Of a stretch of DNA of 64,000 bases, positions 28,935 to 38,428 are shown one piece after another. Numbering within the stretch: the first letter of the stretch is position 1; each line of letters opens with the position of its first letter. Source of the stretch: Candidatus Enterousia avicola (GTDB lineage: Bacteria; Pseudomonadota; Alphaproteobacteria; Rs-D84); assembly GCA_018714345.1 (NCBI GenBank), contig DVNO01000036.1, positions 240 to 64,239 of the forward strand, read 5' to 3'. The translations under genes and the position numbers were made by a program. The notes beneath the pieces were generated by a model. That model saw only the letters and a program-made list of their open reading frames with translations, was not told the DNA's origin and made no database searches.

Positions 28935-29066
28935 ATGCCACTTCGAAAAAAGAATACAAAACGAAATAAAATCATAATATGGACATTGATAATAATTCTT
29001 GTCCTGCTTATGATAATATCATTTTCAACGACCCAAAATGTAACAGAGATAGTTTTATATCCATGA
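28935..29066 (+). CDS. small single-TM protein (43 aa), translationally coupled to xerD
   Basis: Strong SD GGAGGA 5 nt upstream of the ATG at 28935. Sequence MPLRKKNTKRNKIIIWTLIIILVLLMIISFSTTQNVTEIVLYP. Its TGA stop overlaps the xerD ATG (ATGA). Confidence 0.4.
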   Translation: MPLRKKNTKRNKIIIWTLIIILVLLMIISFSTTQNVTEIVLYP

Positions 29067-29929
29067 ACTATATAGACATATTTCTAGAAGCATTATCAGC
29101 AGAAAAAGGACGCAGCAAAAAAACACTAGAAAGCTATGCCAGTGATTTACGTCACGCAGATGAAAATATTTCTGGTGGCCTGCTTAAAGCATCCGCAACG
29201 GACCTACAAGATTACCTATCTCATTTGCCAGACCGCGCATCATCTATTGCACGAAAGGCAAGTGCCATACGTGGATTCTATAAGTTTTTAATGTTGGAAA
29301 AGATAATTTCAGAAAATCCTGCGGCTAATTTAGAGCTACCTAAACGCACGCGTACGCTGCCCAAATTTTTATCTATAGAAGAAATAGAATTACTAATATC
29401 TTCTGCTGGTGACACTCGCAACTCCACCCGTTTGCGTGCAATGCTAGAATTAGTTTATGCGTCTGGATTACGCGTATCAGAATTATGTGAATTACCAATG
29501 ACGGCAAACCTTGGAAATAAGCTGTTAATACATGGTAAAGGCGCTAAAGAGCGTATAGTTCCAATGCATGAACGCGCCCAAGCGGCACTACATAAATGGC
29601 TAGAAATCAGGGGGGACGACAAATCGAAATATGTATTTCCGTCATCTGGGAAGACGGGGCATATAACAAGAGACGGTTTTTTCAAGATTTTAAAAAAGTG
29701 CGCTGTATTATCTGGAATAGATCCAAACAGAGTAAGTCCCCACGTATTGCGCCATTCTTTTGCTTCACACTTGCTGGCAGGTGGCGCAAATTTACGTGCT
29801 ATACAAACTATGCTTGGTCACGAAGATATTTCAACGACCCAAATATACACTCATGTATTACCAGAAAAACTGAAAGAGACAGTTCAATTACATCATCCAT
29901 TAGGTAACAAAAAAGAAATAAGCAAATGA
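29063..29929 (+). CDS. xerD: site-specific tyrosine recombinase XerD
   Basis: N-terminus MNYIDIFLEALSAEKGRSKKTLESYASDLRH. Catalytic block HVLRHSFASHLLAGGANLRAIQTMLGHEDISTTQIYTHV. The ORF-track start at 28979 adds a non-homologous 28 aa, so the internal ATG at 29063 was chosen. Confidence 0.85.
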   Translation: MNYIDIFLEALSAEKGRSKKTLESYASDLRHADENISGGLLKASATDLQDYLSHLPDRASSIARKASAIRGFYKFLMLEKIISENPAANLELPKRTRTLPKFLSIEEIELLISSAGDTRNSTRLRAMLELVYASGLRVSELCELPMTANLGNKLLIHGKGAKERIVPMHERAQAALHKWLEIRGDDKSKYVFPSSGKTGHITRDGFFKILKKCAVLSGIDPNRVSPHVLRHSFASHLLAGGANLRAIQTMLGHEDISTTQIYTHVLPEKLKETVQLHHPLGNKKEISK

Positions 29930-30435
29930 TAAAGAAATGTGATCACCCAGGCTGCACAAAAGCAGGTACTTGCCGTGCACCTAAAACTCGTGATTTAAAA
30001 GAATATTGGTGGTTTTGCAAAGAACATGCGGCAGAATATAATAAAAACTGGAATTATTATGCTGGCATGACACCAGAAGAAATCGAAGACGACTGGGAAC
30101 GTCAGACGTTTGGTTCACCGTTAAAAGACAAAAAGCAAACTGAAAAAGACGAAGCCGATTATATAAAATTTTTGAATGACTTTATAACTGGGCGCTCTAC
30201 TTTTGATAAAGTTCCACCAAGAAAAACCTCTCTACCGACAAGTGTCACCAGCGCACTTAAAACATTTGAATTGCCAATTACAGCGTCATGGCGAGAAGTA
30301 TCAGCCCGTTATCGTGTATTGGCCAAAAAGTATCATCCTGATACATCCGCAAGCGATAAAAATATCGCAGCAGAAAATTTTACAAAATTATCTGCCGCAT
30401 ACGATATATTGAAAAAACATTTCGGGAAAAAATAA
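29926..30435 (+). CDS. J-domain protein with N-terminal Cys-rich zinc-ribbon-like segment
   Basis: The C-terminal J domain carries the HPD motif (KKYHPDTSASD). The N-terminal segment reads CDHPGCTKAGTCRAPK...FCKEH. Confidence 0.7.
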   Translation: MIKKCDHPGCTKAGTCRAPKTRDLKEYWWFCKEHAAEYNKNWNYYAGMTPEEIEDDWERQTFGSPLKDKKQTEKDEADYIKFLNDFITGRSTFDKVPPRKTSLPTSVTSALKTFELPITASWREVSARYRVLAKKYHPDTSASDKNIAAENFTKLSAAYDILKKHFGKK

Positions 30436-30458
30436 TGGGGCAAAGCCCCATTTTTATG
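30430..30458. terminator. bidirectional rho-independent terminator between the J-domain gene and trxB
   Basis: ATGGGGC-AAA-GCCCCAT hairpin flanked by an A-run and TTTTTAT. Confidence 0.6.
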
Positions 30459-31362
30459 ATCTTGAATTCAAGAACGCAATTGCGTCCATTGCGGCTGTAC
30501 ACCCTGCCCCAACAGCTGTAGCAATTTGCATTTTTAATTCTGATTGAACATCCCCAGCAACATACATACCTGCCGGTAATTCTTTTGGTATCAATCTTCC
30601 CATGTTGTCGCGGCGAACATCTTCTGATAAATAATCGGTATTCGCTTCATGACCAATTGCAACGAACAAACCATCACAAGTAATTTCCTGATCATCTGTT
30701 GTTGTAACAACTAATCTATCATCATCGGTTTTTGCAATTTTTTTCAGGTCCGTATTAAACAGGCATTCTATATTTTCACGTTCGGCCACGCGATTACGCA
30801 ACACCTCTTCGGCACGTGTAAAAGCACCCTTACGGTAAACAATCTTTACATTACGCGCCACATCTGCCAAATACAAAGCGTCATTCAATGCAGAGTTTCC
30901 ACCACCCATAACTATGACATCTTTTCCATAATAAAAGAATCCGTCACAAGTCGCACAATATGACACACCCTTGCCAAACAATTCACGTGCCCCCTCAATT
31001 TCTAACTTACGCGGAGACGCACCAGTTGCAATGATGATAACTTTTGCAACATACCTATTTCCATCATCACACAAAATGTTAAAGCCGCTTTCCACATCGC
31101 CAGAAATAGTCTTAGCAGAAACAAAAATCACCTTTGCACCGAAAGATTCCGCCTGATTCTTCATAAATTCTGACAATTCAAGACCGCTACCTTTCCACCC
31201 TGGATAATTTTCTAGAACTGCGATTCCAGCCGTCTGTCCCCCTAATCTATCACCACCAAGGACCAGAGTATCTTTCCCAGCACGCGCACAGTACAACGCC
31301 GCCGTCAAACCAGCAGGCCCAGACCCAAGAATTATGACGTCATGCATAATTACTTCATTCAT
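30454..31362 (-). CDS. trxB: thioredoxin reductase
   Basis: FAD motif ILGSGPAG and redox-active CATCDG. The start was set at the ATG at 31362 (MNEVIMHDVIILGSG), which has AGGAGA 8 nt upstream. The ORF-track start at 31419 is probably too long. Confidence 0.9.
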   Translation of the reverse strand: MNEVIMHDVIILGSGPAGLTAALYCARAGKDTLVLGGDRLGGQTAGIAVLENYPGWKGSGLELSEFMKNQAESFGAKVIFVSAKTISGDVESGFNILCDDGNRYVAKVIIIATGASPRKLEIEGARELFGKGVSYCATCDGFFYYGKDVIVMGGGNSALNDALYLADVARNVKIVYRKGAFTRAEEVLRNRVAERENIECLFNTDLKKIAKTDDDRLVVTTTDDQEITCDGLFVAIGHEANTDYLSEDVRRDNMGRLIPKELPAGMYVAGDVQSELKMQIATAVGAGCTAAMDAIAFLNSRS

Positions 31363-31610
31363 TATAAAATCTCCTATCTTTTCGGGGCATAGCATACCAT
31401 AATCATATAACAGGCGCAAATAATTTTGGCTATACAGTAAAAATGGCTTTTTTAATTGATTTTTTAAACAACCCGCAATAAAATTAAATCGTTATGACAA
31501 GCAATAATTATTATTTTCTTTCGTTATCATCCCCTTTTGGGGTGCGGATTTAGTGTATATATAATAAAGAAGTATAAAATATAATCGCGTATACAATACG
31601 CAATCGTTAT

Positions 31611-31644
31611 AATCAGCATAACTTAAAAAAATTAAGAGGATATT
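31611..31644 (+). promoter_or_regulatory. serS -10-like element and ribosome-binding site
   Basis: A TATAAT at about 31611, then AAGAGGA 7 nt upstream of the serS ATG at 31645. Confidence 0.35.
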
Positions 31645-32925
31645 ATGTTAGATATAAGATTTATTCGTGAAAATCCTGAAATTGTAAAGAACGCATGTCT
31701 GGTCAAAGGCTTTGAAGACCACGTTGATGAAATTTTGGTTTTAGATGAACGTGTTCGTGAATTAAAAACCTTGACCCAGAATATGACGGCAGAAAAAAAT
31801 AAGATAACAAAAGAAATACCTAGTGCAACGGACAAGGCACCTTTGATAGCCAAATCTAAACAAATCAGCGAAGAAATTGCAGCAGATATGGCAGAGCTTG
31901 CTGAAAAAGAAGCGCTATTAAAAGATCTTTTACACCGCGTTCCACAAATACCATCTCCGGATGCACCAATTGGCCCAGACGACAGCGCAAATGTAGAGGT
32001 TCGTCGTATTGGCACACCACGAGAATTTGATTTTACCCCGCGTGCCCAATGGGATTTATTGGACATGAACGGTTGGTGGATGCCAGAAAAAATAGCGCAG
32101 ATTTGTGGTACTCGCACATACTGCTTAGTTGGAGAAGCGGCAGAATTACAACTAGCCATTGAAACGTATGTAATCCAAAAACTTATTTCGAAAGGTTTTA
32201 CTTTCATAGAATGCCCATCGATTACAAAACCACAAACAATATTTGATGCTGGCCATTTCATGGGCGCAGATTTATCAGTAATGAATAATGATGTGTTTAT
32301 GTTAGCAGATACAGATAGATGTCTTGCTGGGACAGCAGAAATTATCTTAAATTCTTTACATAGTGGCGAGATATTACCAGAAAATGCCCTGCCAATTAAA
32401 TATGCGGGCTTTTCACCATGCTTCCGTAAAGAAGCTGGTGCTGCGGGTCGTGACACACGTGGTCTGGCACGCTTTCACCAGTTTAACAAGGTTGAACAAT
32501 ATATATACTGCAAACCGGAACAGTCTGATGAAATGCACGAACACATTCTAAATAACTTATGCGAGGTTATGGAAGACTTCGAATTACCGTATAGAGTGAT
32601 AGCTAACTCTACCGGTGATATGGGTTTCAACAAAGTAAAGATGAATGATGTTGAAGCGTGGGTGCCAAGTGAAAATGCCTACAAAGAATTAGGCAGTTGC
32701 TCTTCTATTGGCACATTTCAGGCCCGCAGAACAAATACAAGATACCGCGAAAACGGTACGAACGAAGTTAAATTCTGTGCGACATTGAATAATACCGGCA
32801 TTGCCGTACCAAGGGCATTGGTACCAATTTTAGAGAACCACCAAAATGCAGACGGCAGTGTAAATATACCAAAGAAACTGCAACCACTGATGGGCGGCAG
32901 GACAAAAATTGGTGGAAAGCACTAA
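31645..32925 (+). CDS. serS: seryl-tRNA synthetase
   Basis: N-terminal coiled-coil arm and class II motifs. 426 aa. Confidence 0.93.
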   Translation: MLDIRFIRENPEIVKNACLVKGFEDHVDEILVLDERVRELKTLTQNMTAEKNKITKEIPSATDKAPLIAKSKQISEEIAADMAELAEKEALLKDLLHRVPQIPSPDAPIGPDDSANVEVRRIGTPREFDFTPRAQWDLLDMNGWWMPEKIAQICGTRTYCLVGEAAELQLAIETYVIQKLISKGFTFIECPSITKPQTIFDAGHFMGADLSVMNNDVFMLADTDRCLAGTAEIILNSLHSGEILPENALPIKYAGFSPCFRKEAGAAGRDTRGLARFHQFNKVEQYIYCKPEQSDEMHEHILNNLCEVMEDFELPYRVIANSTGDMGFNKVKMNDVEAWVPSENAYKELGSCSSIGTFQARRTNTRYRENGTNEVKFCATLNNTGIAVPRALVPILENHQNADGSVNIPKKLQPLMGGRTKIGGKH

Positions 32926-32927
32926 AG

Positions 32928-32957
32928 AAAAATTCCCACAAATGTGGGAATTTTTAG
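32928..32957. terminator. bidirectional terminator after serS
   Basis: ATTCCCACA-AA-TGTGGGAAT followed by TTTTTAG. Confidence 0.6.
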
Positions 32958-33529
32958 TACTGCAATTGCAAACAAAGCTTTTTTAATGGCCGTAACATTA
33001 TATTTGTATTAACGATATCTACTCGTTTTTGAATTTCTTGCGCTGTCTTTAACAAATTATTTAAGCTTTTCCGCTCTTGAATCGCCCCAACATAATCTTT
33101 TCTTGTACGAGCATATTCCCAATCACGGATTTCACAACAAAACTGGTAAAACAAGGACTTTTCATCAGACCAAACGGCAGGACCAGCAGATTTATAAACG
33201 ATAGCAACTGGATCTTTAGCAATATAAAAAGCATCATTTAAACTAATATTACGCTCATACGCAAGTTTTGTCGCCCTTTTAACCCACGCATCTTGTGTGT
33301 CCTTTCTTGAAAAATAAATCTCTGGATAACGAGAAAGCCTATCCATGAAAGCCAACGCACGCCCAGCTTCCCAACGTTCTGCCTTTGACATTCTGGACCA
33401 TTGTTTCTTTAAGCTATATCTTGCCAATATCTTTGAATTAGCAAGTCCAGCTTTTATAATATTATAGACATCTTCTGTTCTTCTCATTTTTTCCTCTATA
33501 CTTACTTCACCCAATACAATATAGTACAA
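32954..33529 (-). CDS. hypothetical protein
   Basis: 191-aa ORF with no recognisable motif. The true start may be the internal Met (MRRTEDV...). Confidence 0.4.
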   Translation of the reverse strand: MYYIVLGEVSIEEKMRRTEDVYNIIKAGLANSKILARYSLKKQWSRMSKAERWEAGRALAFMDRLSRYPEIYFSRKDTQDAWVKRATKLAYERNISLNDAFYIAKDPVAIVYKSAGPAVWSDEKSLFYQFCCEIRDWEYARTRKDYVGAIQERKSLNNLLKTAQEIQKRVDIVNTNIMLRPLKKLCLQLQY

Positions 33530-33636
33530 AAATCAAAAACGTCAATATTTATTTAGATATTTGTTGAAAAATCAAATTTATAGTATAATCTATTGTTTAC
33601 AAAAAATTAGCAGAATTTATAGAGGATATTGAAAGT

Positions 33637-35475
33637 ATGGCTATGAAGATTCGTAATATTGCGATTATTGCGCACGTTGACCATGGGAAAACAACTTTGG
33701 TTGACAACATGTTAAAACAGGCGGGCACATTTCGTGCAAATGAAAAGGTTGCAGAACGCGTAATGGATAGTGGTGATATTGAACGTGAACGCGGTATAAC
33801 AATTTCTGCAAAACCGACTTCAATTCAATGGCATGACTATAAAATCAATATAGTTGACACCCCTGGACACGCCGATTTTGGTGGTGAAGTAGAACGTATT
33901 TTATCTATGGTTGATGGCGTGGTACTGTTGGTTGATGCCGCTGAGGGCCCATTGCCACAAACAAAGTTCGTTTTATCAAAAGCTTTAAAACTTGGCTTGC
34001 GTCCTATTGTTTGTATTAACAAAGTAGACCGCAGCGATGCGCGCCCAGAAGAGGTTTTAACAGAAACATTTGATTTGTTTGATAAGCTTGGTGCAACCGA
34101 TTCGCAATTAGACTTCCCTTATCTATTTGCAGTCGGTCGTGATGGTTGGGCTGTTCGTGACTTAAACGATGAGCACAAGGACCTGACACCTTTGTTCCAA
34201 CTAATCATAGACCATGTACCTGCCCCAGATTGTAATGGGACACGTTGCCAAATAGACGCGCCATTTTCTATGTTGGCTACAACACTGGAGGCCGATCCAT
34301 ACGTTGGCAGAATTTTAACTGGTAAAATAGAATCTGGAACAGTTCGCGTTGGTCAAGCAGTTAAAGCAATCAATATGCAAGGAGAATTCGTAGAAAATGC
34401 GAAAATAACAAAAATTATAGAACATCGTGGAATTGAAAAAGTCTCGTTGGATTCAGCATCAGCAGGTGACATTGTTGTCGTTGCAGGTTTTTCAAAGGCA
34501 ACTGTATCTGATACACTATGTGCACCAGAGGTAACAGAACCAATTCCTGCGATGCCGATTGATCCACCTACCCTGACAATGACATTCTTTGTAAACACTT
34601 CTCCACTGGCTGGAAAGTCTGGTAAAAAGTTAACATCGCGAATGATAGGCGAACGTTTATTCAAAGAAGCTGAGACCAATATTGCATTGCGCGTTACACA
34701 AAGTGCGAACAACGAATCGTTTGAAGTATCAGGGCGCGGAGAGTTACAACTTGGTATTTTAATTGAAACAATGCGTCGTGAGGGCTTTGAACTAAGCGTA
34801 TCTCGTCCACGTGTTGTTATGAAAGATGGTCCAAACGGTGAAAAGTTAGAACCTATTGAAGAAGTGGTTATAGATGTTGACGATGAATTTAGCGGTGTTG
34901 TCATTGAGAAAATGACAAAGCGCAAAGCGACAATAACAGAAATGAAGTCTTCTGGTAATGGCAAAACACGTATAGTATTTTCTGCCCCGTCACGTGGTCT
35001 GATTGGATACCTATCCGAATTTCGCACAGACACACGCGGGACAGGTGTTATGAACCGAGTATTTTCTGGATACGAACCATATCGTGGTCCAATCATGCAG
35101 TATAGACCTGGTGTGTTAGTATCTATGGAAAACGGCGTGACATCTACATACGCACTACATAACTTGGAACCACGTGGTGTGCTTTTTGTTGGTCCACAAA
35201 CAGAAGTTTATTCTGGTATGATTATTGGTGAACACAGCAAAGAAAATGATTTGGAAGTTAACCCTGTAAAAGGGAAAGAACTGACAAATGTGCGTTCTGT
35301 AACAGCTGATGAAAAATTGTTCTTGGCGCCACCACGTAAAATTTCATTGGAAGAGGCATTATCTTATATCCAAGACGATGAATTGGTAGAAGTTACACCC
35401 GCAACGATTCGTTTACGCAAGAAAGAGTTGGATAGCAACATCAGAAAAAAGACACGTAAGAACGTTGAAATGTAA
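33637..35475 (+). CDS. typA: translational GTPase TypA/BipA
   Basis: G1 AHVDHGKTT and G3 DTPGHADF, with EF-G-like domains and a BipA C-terminal domain. 612 aa. Confidence 0.93.
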   Translation: MAMKIRNIAIIAHVDHGKTTLVDNMLKQAGTFRANEKVAERVMDSGDIERERGITISAKPTSIQWHDYKINIVDTPGHADFGGEVERILSMVDGVVLLVDAAEGPLPQTKFVLSKALKLGLRPIVCINKVDRSDARPEEVLTETFDLFDKLGATDSQLDFPYLFAVGRDGWAVRDLNDEHKDLTPLFQLIIDHVPAPDCNGTRCQIDAPFSMLATTLEADPYVGRILTGKIESGTVRVGQAVKAINMQGEFVENAKITKIIEHRGIEKVSLDSASAGDIVVVAGFSKATVSDTLCAPEVTEPIPAMPIDPPTLTMTFFVNTSPLAGKSGKKLTSRMIGERLFKEAETNIALRVTQSANNESFEVSGRGELQLGILIETMRREGFELSVSRPRVVMKDGPNGEKLEPIEEVVIDVDDEFSGVVIEKMTKRKATITEMKSSGNGKTRIVFSAPSRGLIGYLSEFRTDTRGTGVMNRVFSGYEPYRGPIMQYRPGVLVSMENGVTSTYALHNLEPRGVLFVGPQTEVYSGMIIGEHSKENDLEVNPVKGKELTNVRSVTADEKLFLAPPRKISLEEALSYIQDDELVEVTPATIRLRKKELDSNIRKKTRKNVEM

Positions 35476-35476
35476 T

Positions 35477-36670
35477 CTAACTCAATCCCAGCAGTCGCTT
35501 CATATATTTACGGAAGCGACTGCGGTTTTCTCGTCCAGGGACAAAGCATGCTAGTAGTTTTACTAGCAAATTTTTTATTTTATAAATGACCGGCACCCCT
35601 CGCCTACTTTTAAAATCTTGCATAGCAATTGTATACTGTTGCCAAACTTTATCGCTTGGAATATTTAATTCCGGATTATAGATAAAATTATTATCCTCGA
35701 AAAAAGCACGCATATATTTTGTAAGACCTATAATTTGAGGCATTTCCGTACTATGCTGCGAACGAACTTTTTCCACAGACCCAGATATATAAAAAGATTC
35801 CATTTTCTTCGCAGAATTTATAAGATTTTGAACATCAAAATTATCTTTATTTTCTCTATTGCGCTTAATTTGTATAACGGTTCCGCCTTTTGGCATAAAT
35901 AAAGACAAATGCAAAGCAGTTCCTGCGCAACCTGCCAAAACACGACAGTTTTTCATAAAAGATATCTGCTCGCCCAATGGTAATGTTTCTGGATAAATTA
36001 TGTGAAAGCCATTTAATTCAAAAATTTTTTGAATAGCTTCTTCACCGAAGGTTTTACCGCAAGCTAATTTAGCTCTTGATACATAGATTTTATCATAATC
36101 TTTACCCGTTGCCCTTTTTGCCATTGTTTCAAAAGGCTTCGTAAACTCATCAGCATAAAATATTGGTATATCAAAAGCTTGATGCGGAATATGAACTGAT
36201 TTAAACCGAGTATTTTCATTCAATATTATTATGTTTTCTTTTTTTACCCCTAATAAATCCAACAAACTATAAATATATTCTGGGACATCTTTCAGGTCAT
36301 AATTGTTTATTAGAACTATTGGCATATCTTGATATCTTTTATTTTCTAACACCCATGCTCGATTCATATGTTCTAATAAAAAATGTCCAAAATGGGGATA
36401 CACATTACCGAAATAGACAACCTCTTTATCAACATAAGGGACGTTCTTAGTCGGCTTGTTTGGTATAAACTGACTGCGTTTACCACGCAGTTGGCGAGAA
36501 GACTCGACAAACTCTCCATCTGATGTAAAAACCCCGAAACCAGAATCGTGCTCGTTTACTATTGTGCCCAAAGGAACCGTATCGATGCCAACCTCTATCT
36601 TCCTTTGATGTTTTTGCACTTTTTTACAGAAAAGTTTATATGATAACGTTGTATAGAACTTAATTGCCAT
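35477..36670 (-). CDS. putative glycosyltransferase, GT61/DUF563-like
   Basis: Motif FGHFLLEHMNRAW resembles the DUF563/GT61 FGHFL.E signature. Confidence 0.5.
   Translation of the reverse strand: MAIKFYTTLSYKLFCKKVQKHQRKIEVGIDTVPLGTIVNEHDSGFGVFTSDGEFVESSRQLRGKRSQFIPNKPTKNVPYVDKEVVYFGNVYPHFGHFLLEHMNRAWVLENKRYQDMPIVLINNYDLKDVPEYIYSLLDLLGVKKENIIILNENTRFKSVHIPHQAFDIPIFYADEFTKPFETMAKRATGKDYDKIYVSRAKLACGKTFGEEAIQKIFELNGFHIIYPETLPLGEQISFMKNCRVLAGCAGTALHLSLFMPKGGTVIQIKRNRENKDNFDVQNLINSAKKMESFYISGSVEKVRSQHSTEMPQIIGLTKYMRAFFEDNNFIYNPELNIPSDKVWQQYTIAMQDFKSRRGVPVIYKIKNLLVKLLACFVPGRENRSRFRKYMKRLLGLS
35491..35530 (+). terminator. rho-independent terminator for typA
   Basis: Perfect 11-bp stem GCAGTCGCTTC/GAAGCGACTGC with an 11-nt loop, then GGTTTTCT. 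It lies within the last codons of the convergent gene. Confidence 0.5.
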
Positions 36671-36716
36671 TTTATAAACCCTTGAAATAAATCTTAACCA
36701 AAAATATAATGTTAGT

Positions 36717-37580
36717 ATGAAAGATAATCAAAAAAATATCAACAGGCTATTCCTAGTTGCTGGATATAATGCACAAAATAAAGTTGATGCATCGTTAGTC
36801 TACATGCTGAAAAAATTATCACAATTTGGTGACATAATATTTGTGATGGATAGCGATATGCCAGAAAAAGAATTAAAAAAACTGTCATCCTATGTTTTGT
36901 ACGCCAATGCCACAAGGCATAAAGAATACGATTTTGGTTCTTATAAACGTGCATATATTTATGCAAAAAAAACAAACATTTTAAAAAAATATGATTTTTT
37001 ATATCTTGTAAATGATTCCGTTTATGGACCTGTATACCCAATAAACAAGACATTTGAGACAATAGAAAGTTATAATACGGACGCATTTGGTTTGGTCTGT
37101 AACCCACACAAGGGAAGTTCTCATATACAATCATGGTTTATAGGTCTGCGACCATCGGTTTTCATGACAAAATGGTTTGATGATTTTATGCTATCAATTA
37201 CTCATCAACCAGACAAAGGAAGCGTAACTTATCTTTATGAACAGGGTTTTACACGACTCTTAGAAAAACAACACAAAACATGGCAATGTGAGTATTCTGT
37301 TTCTGGTCGTGGAATTTATAATAAAATAAAGAAACTATATCTAGCTGGGATGCCTTTTATTAAAAAGAATGCCTTTTCTAGACATAATGGCGCATTGGGA
37401 ATGCAGATAGCCTATGTATTACGGCACATAGATTCTGAGGCCAAAGATATGATTTTATCTAGTGCAAAACAGACCTTTGGATCAGAATATATAAACTGGC
37501 TTTTAACCAGGAATCCAATTAAAATAGCTTTTAGAAACACGAAATATTTTATTAAAAAGATATTTACCGAGGGCCTATGA
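36717..37580 (+). CDS. putative polysaccharide biosynthesis glycosyltransferase (RgpF/rhamnan-synthesis-like)
   Basis: Judged from its position in the GT cluster, its length and weak motif resemblance. Low specificity. Confidence 0.4.
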   Translation: MKDNQKNINRLFLVAGYNAQNKVDASLVYMLKKLSQFGDIIFVMDSDMPEKELKKLSSYVLYANATRHKEYDFGSYKRAYIYAKKTNILKKYDFLYLVNDSVYGPVYPINKTFETIESYNTDAFGLVCNPHKGSSHIQSWFIGLRPSVFMTKWFDDFMLSITHQPDKGSVTYLYEQGFTRLLEKQHKTWQCEYSVSGRGIYNKIKKLYLAGMPFIKKNAFSRHNGALGMQIAYVLRHIDSEAKDMILSSAKQTFGSEYINWLLTRNPIKIAFRNTKYFIKKIFTEGL

Positions 37581-38428
37581 AAACCACAAAAAAAAATAAC
37601 CTAAAAAAAATTGCAGCAATAACTATGGCTCGCAATGATGAATTCTTTCTGGAAAGATGGATAAAGTATTACGGTGACGCGCTTGGCAAGGATAATCTTT
37701 ATATATATCTAGATGGCGAAGACCAACCTATCCCAAAGAATGCTGGTTCGGCCCACGTAACGAAGTTTCCCCATACAGATATGTCTCGTGCAGCGGGTGA
37801 TAAATATAGAATAAATAAACTATCCGCACTGGCAAAAAAATTATTACAAACTTACGATATCGTCATTGGTTGCGATTGCGACGAGTTTTTGATTGTAGAC
37901 CCTTTAACGAAAAAATCATTGGCAGAATATTTATCCGAAATAAATATCAAAACAACAGTTTCTGGGCTGGGGTTAGATGTCGGTCAAAATATAAACAAAG
38001 AAAAAATTCTTGATAAAAAGCACCAATTATTAATGCAACGGGAATACGCCCTATTGTCTACCAGATACACAAAACCTGTTGTAATAAACAAACCAGTAAA
38101 TTGGGGCAGCGGTTTTCACAGTATACATAAACATAATTTTCACATAGATAAAAATTTATACCTTCTACACTTTGGTGCAGTTGATATGGAAATGCTGATA
38201 GAGAAAGCATCTGCACGTGGCGCGGATTGGGTAAATCACCTGCGCAGACGTGGCAACGGAACAATAAATGCAGTCAGCACACTACCAGCACACACAGAAA
38301 AATGGTTAAAAATCGCCAGAATCATACAAACATATGCCAGACCACTATACGCATTAGATAAACCAGGGATGTTTGGATTAAAACGTGTTGTAAAAATACC
38401 ACGCCGCTTTAAAAAATCAGGTGTATGA
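37577..38428 (+). CDS. putative GT-A fold glycosyltransferase
   Basis: DxD-like GCDCDEFLIVD motif. Overlaps the upstream gene by 4 nt. Confidence 0.45.
   Translation: MKTTKKNNLKKIAAITMARNDEFFLERWIKYYGDALGKDNLYIYLDGEDQPIPKNAGSAHVTKFPHTDMSRAAGDKYRINKLSALAKKLLQTYDIVIGCDCDEFLIVDPLTKKSLAEYLSEINIKTTVSGLGLDVGQNINKEKILDKKHQLLMQREYALLSTRYTKPVVINKPVNWGSGFHSIHKHNFHIDKNLYLLHFGAVDMEMLIEKASARGADWVNHLRRRGNGTINAVSTLPAHTEKWLKIARIIQTYARPLYALDKPGMFGLKRVVKIPRRFKKSGV

Noticed and set aside
28979-29062. Extended XerD N-terminus from the ORF-track start
   Set aside because: The 28 extra residues lack XerD homology and overlap the well-supported SD-driven sORF. The internal ATG at 29063 gives a canonical XerD N-terminus.
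29063-29929. Tyrosine recombinase as a prophage or island integrase
   Set aside because: Its N-terminal and catalytic blocks match XerD, and its neighbours are housekeeping genes (lptF/G, a J-domain protein, trxB). No phage genes or att repeats flank it.
31632-32456. 274-aa minus-strand ORF
   Set aside because: It lies entirely antisense within serS, has no motifs and a low-complexity Ser-rich translation. This is the typical shadow ORF of a highly expressed gene.
34353-35096. 247-aa minus-strand ORF
   Set aside because: It is antisense inside typA/bipA. It has no start context, and its composition mirrors the opposite strand.
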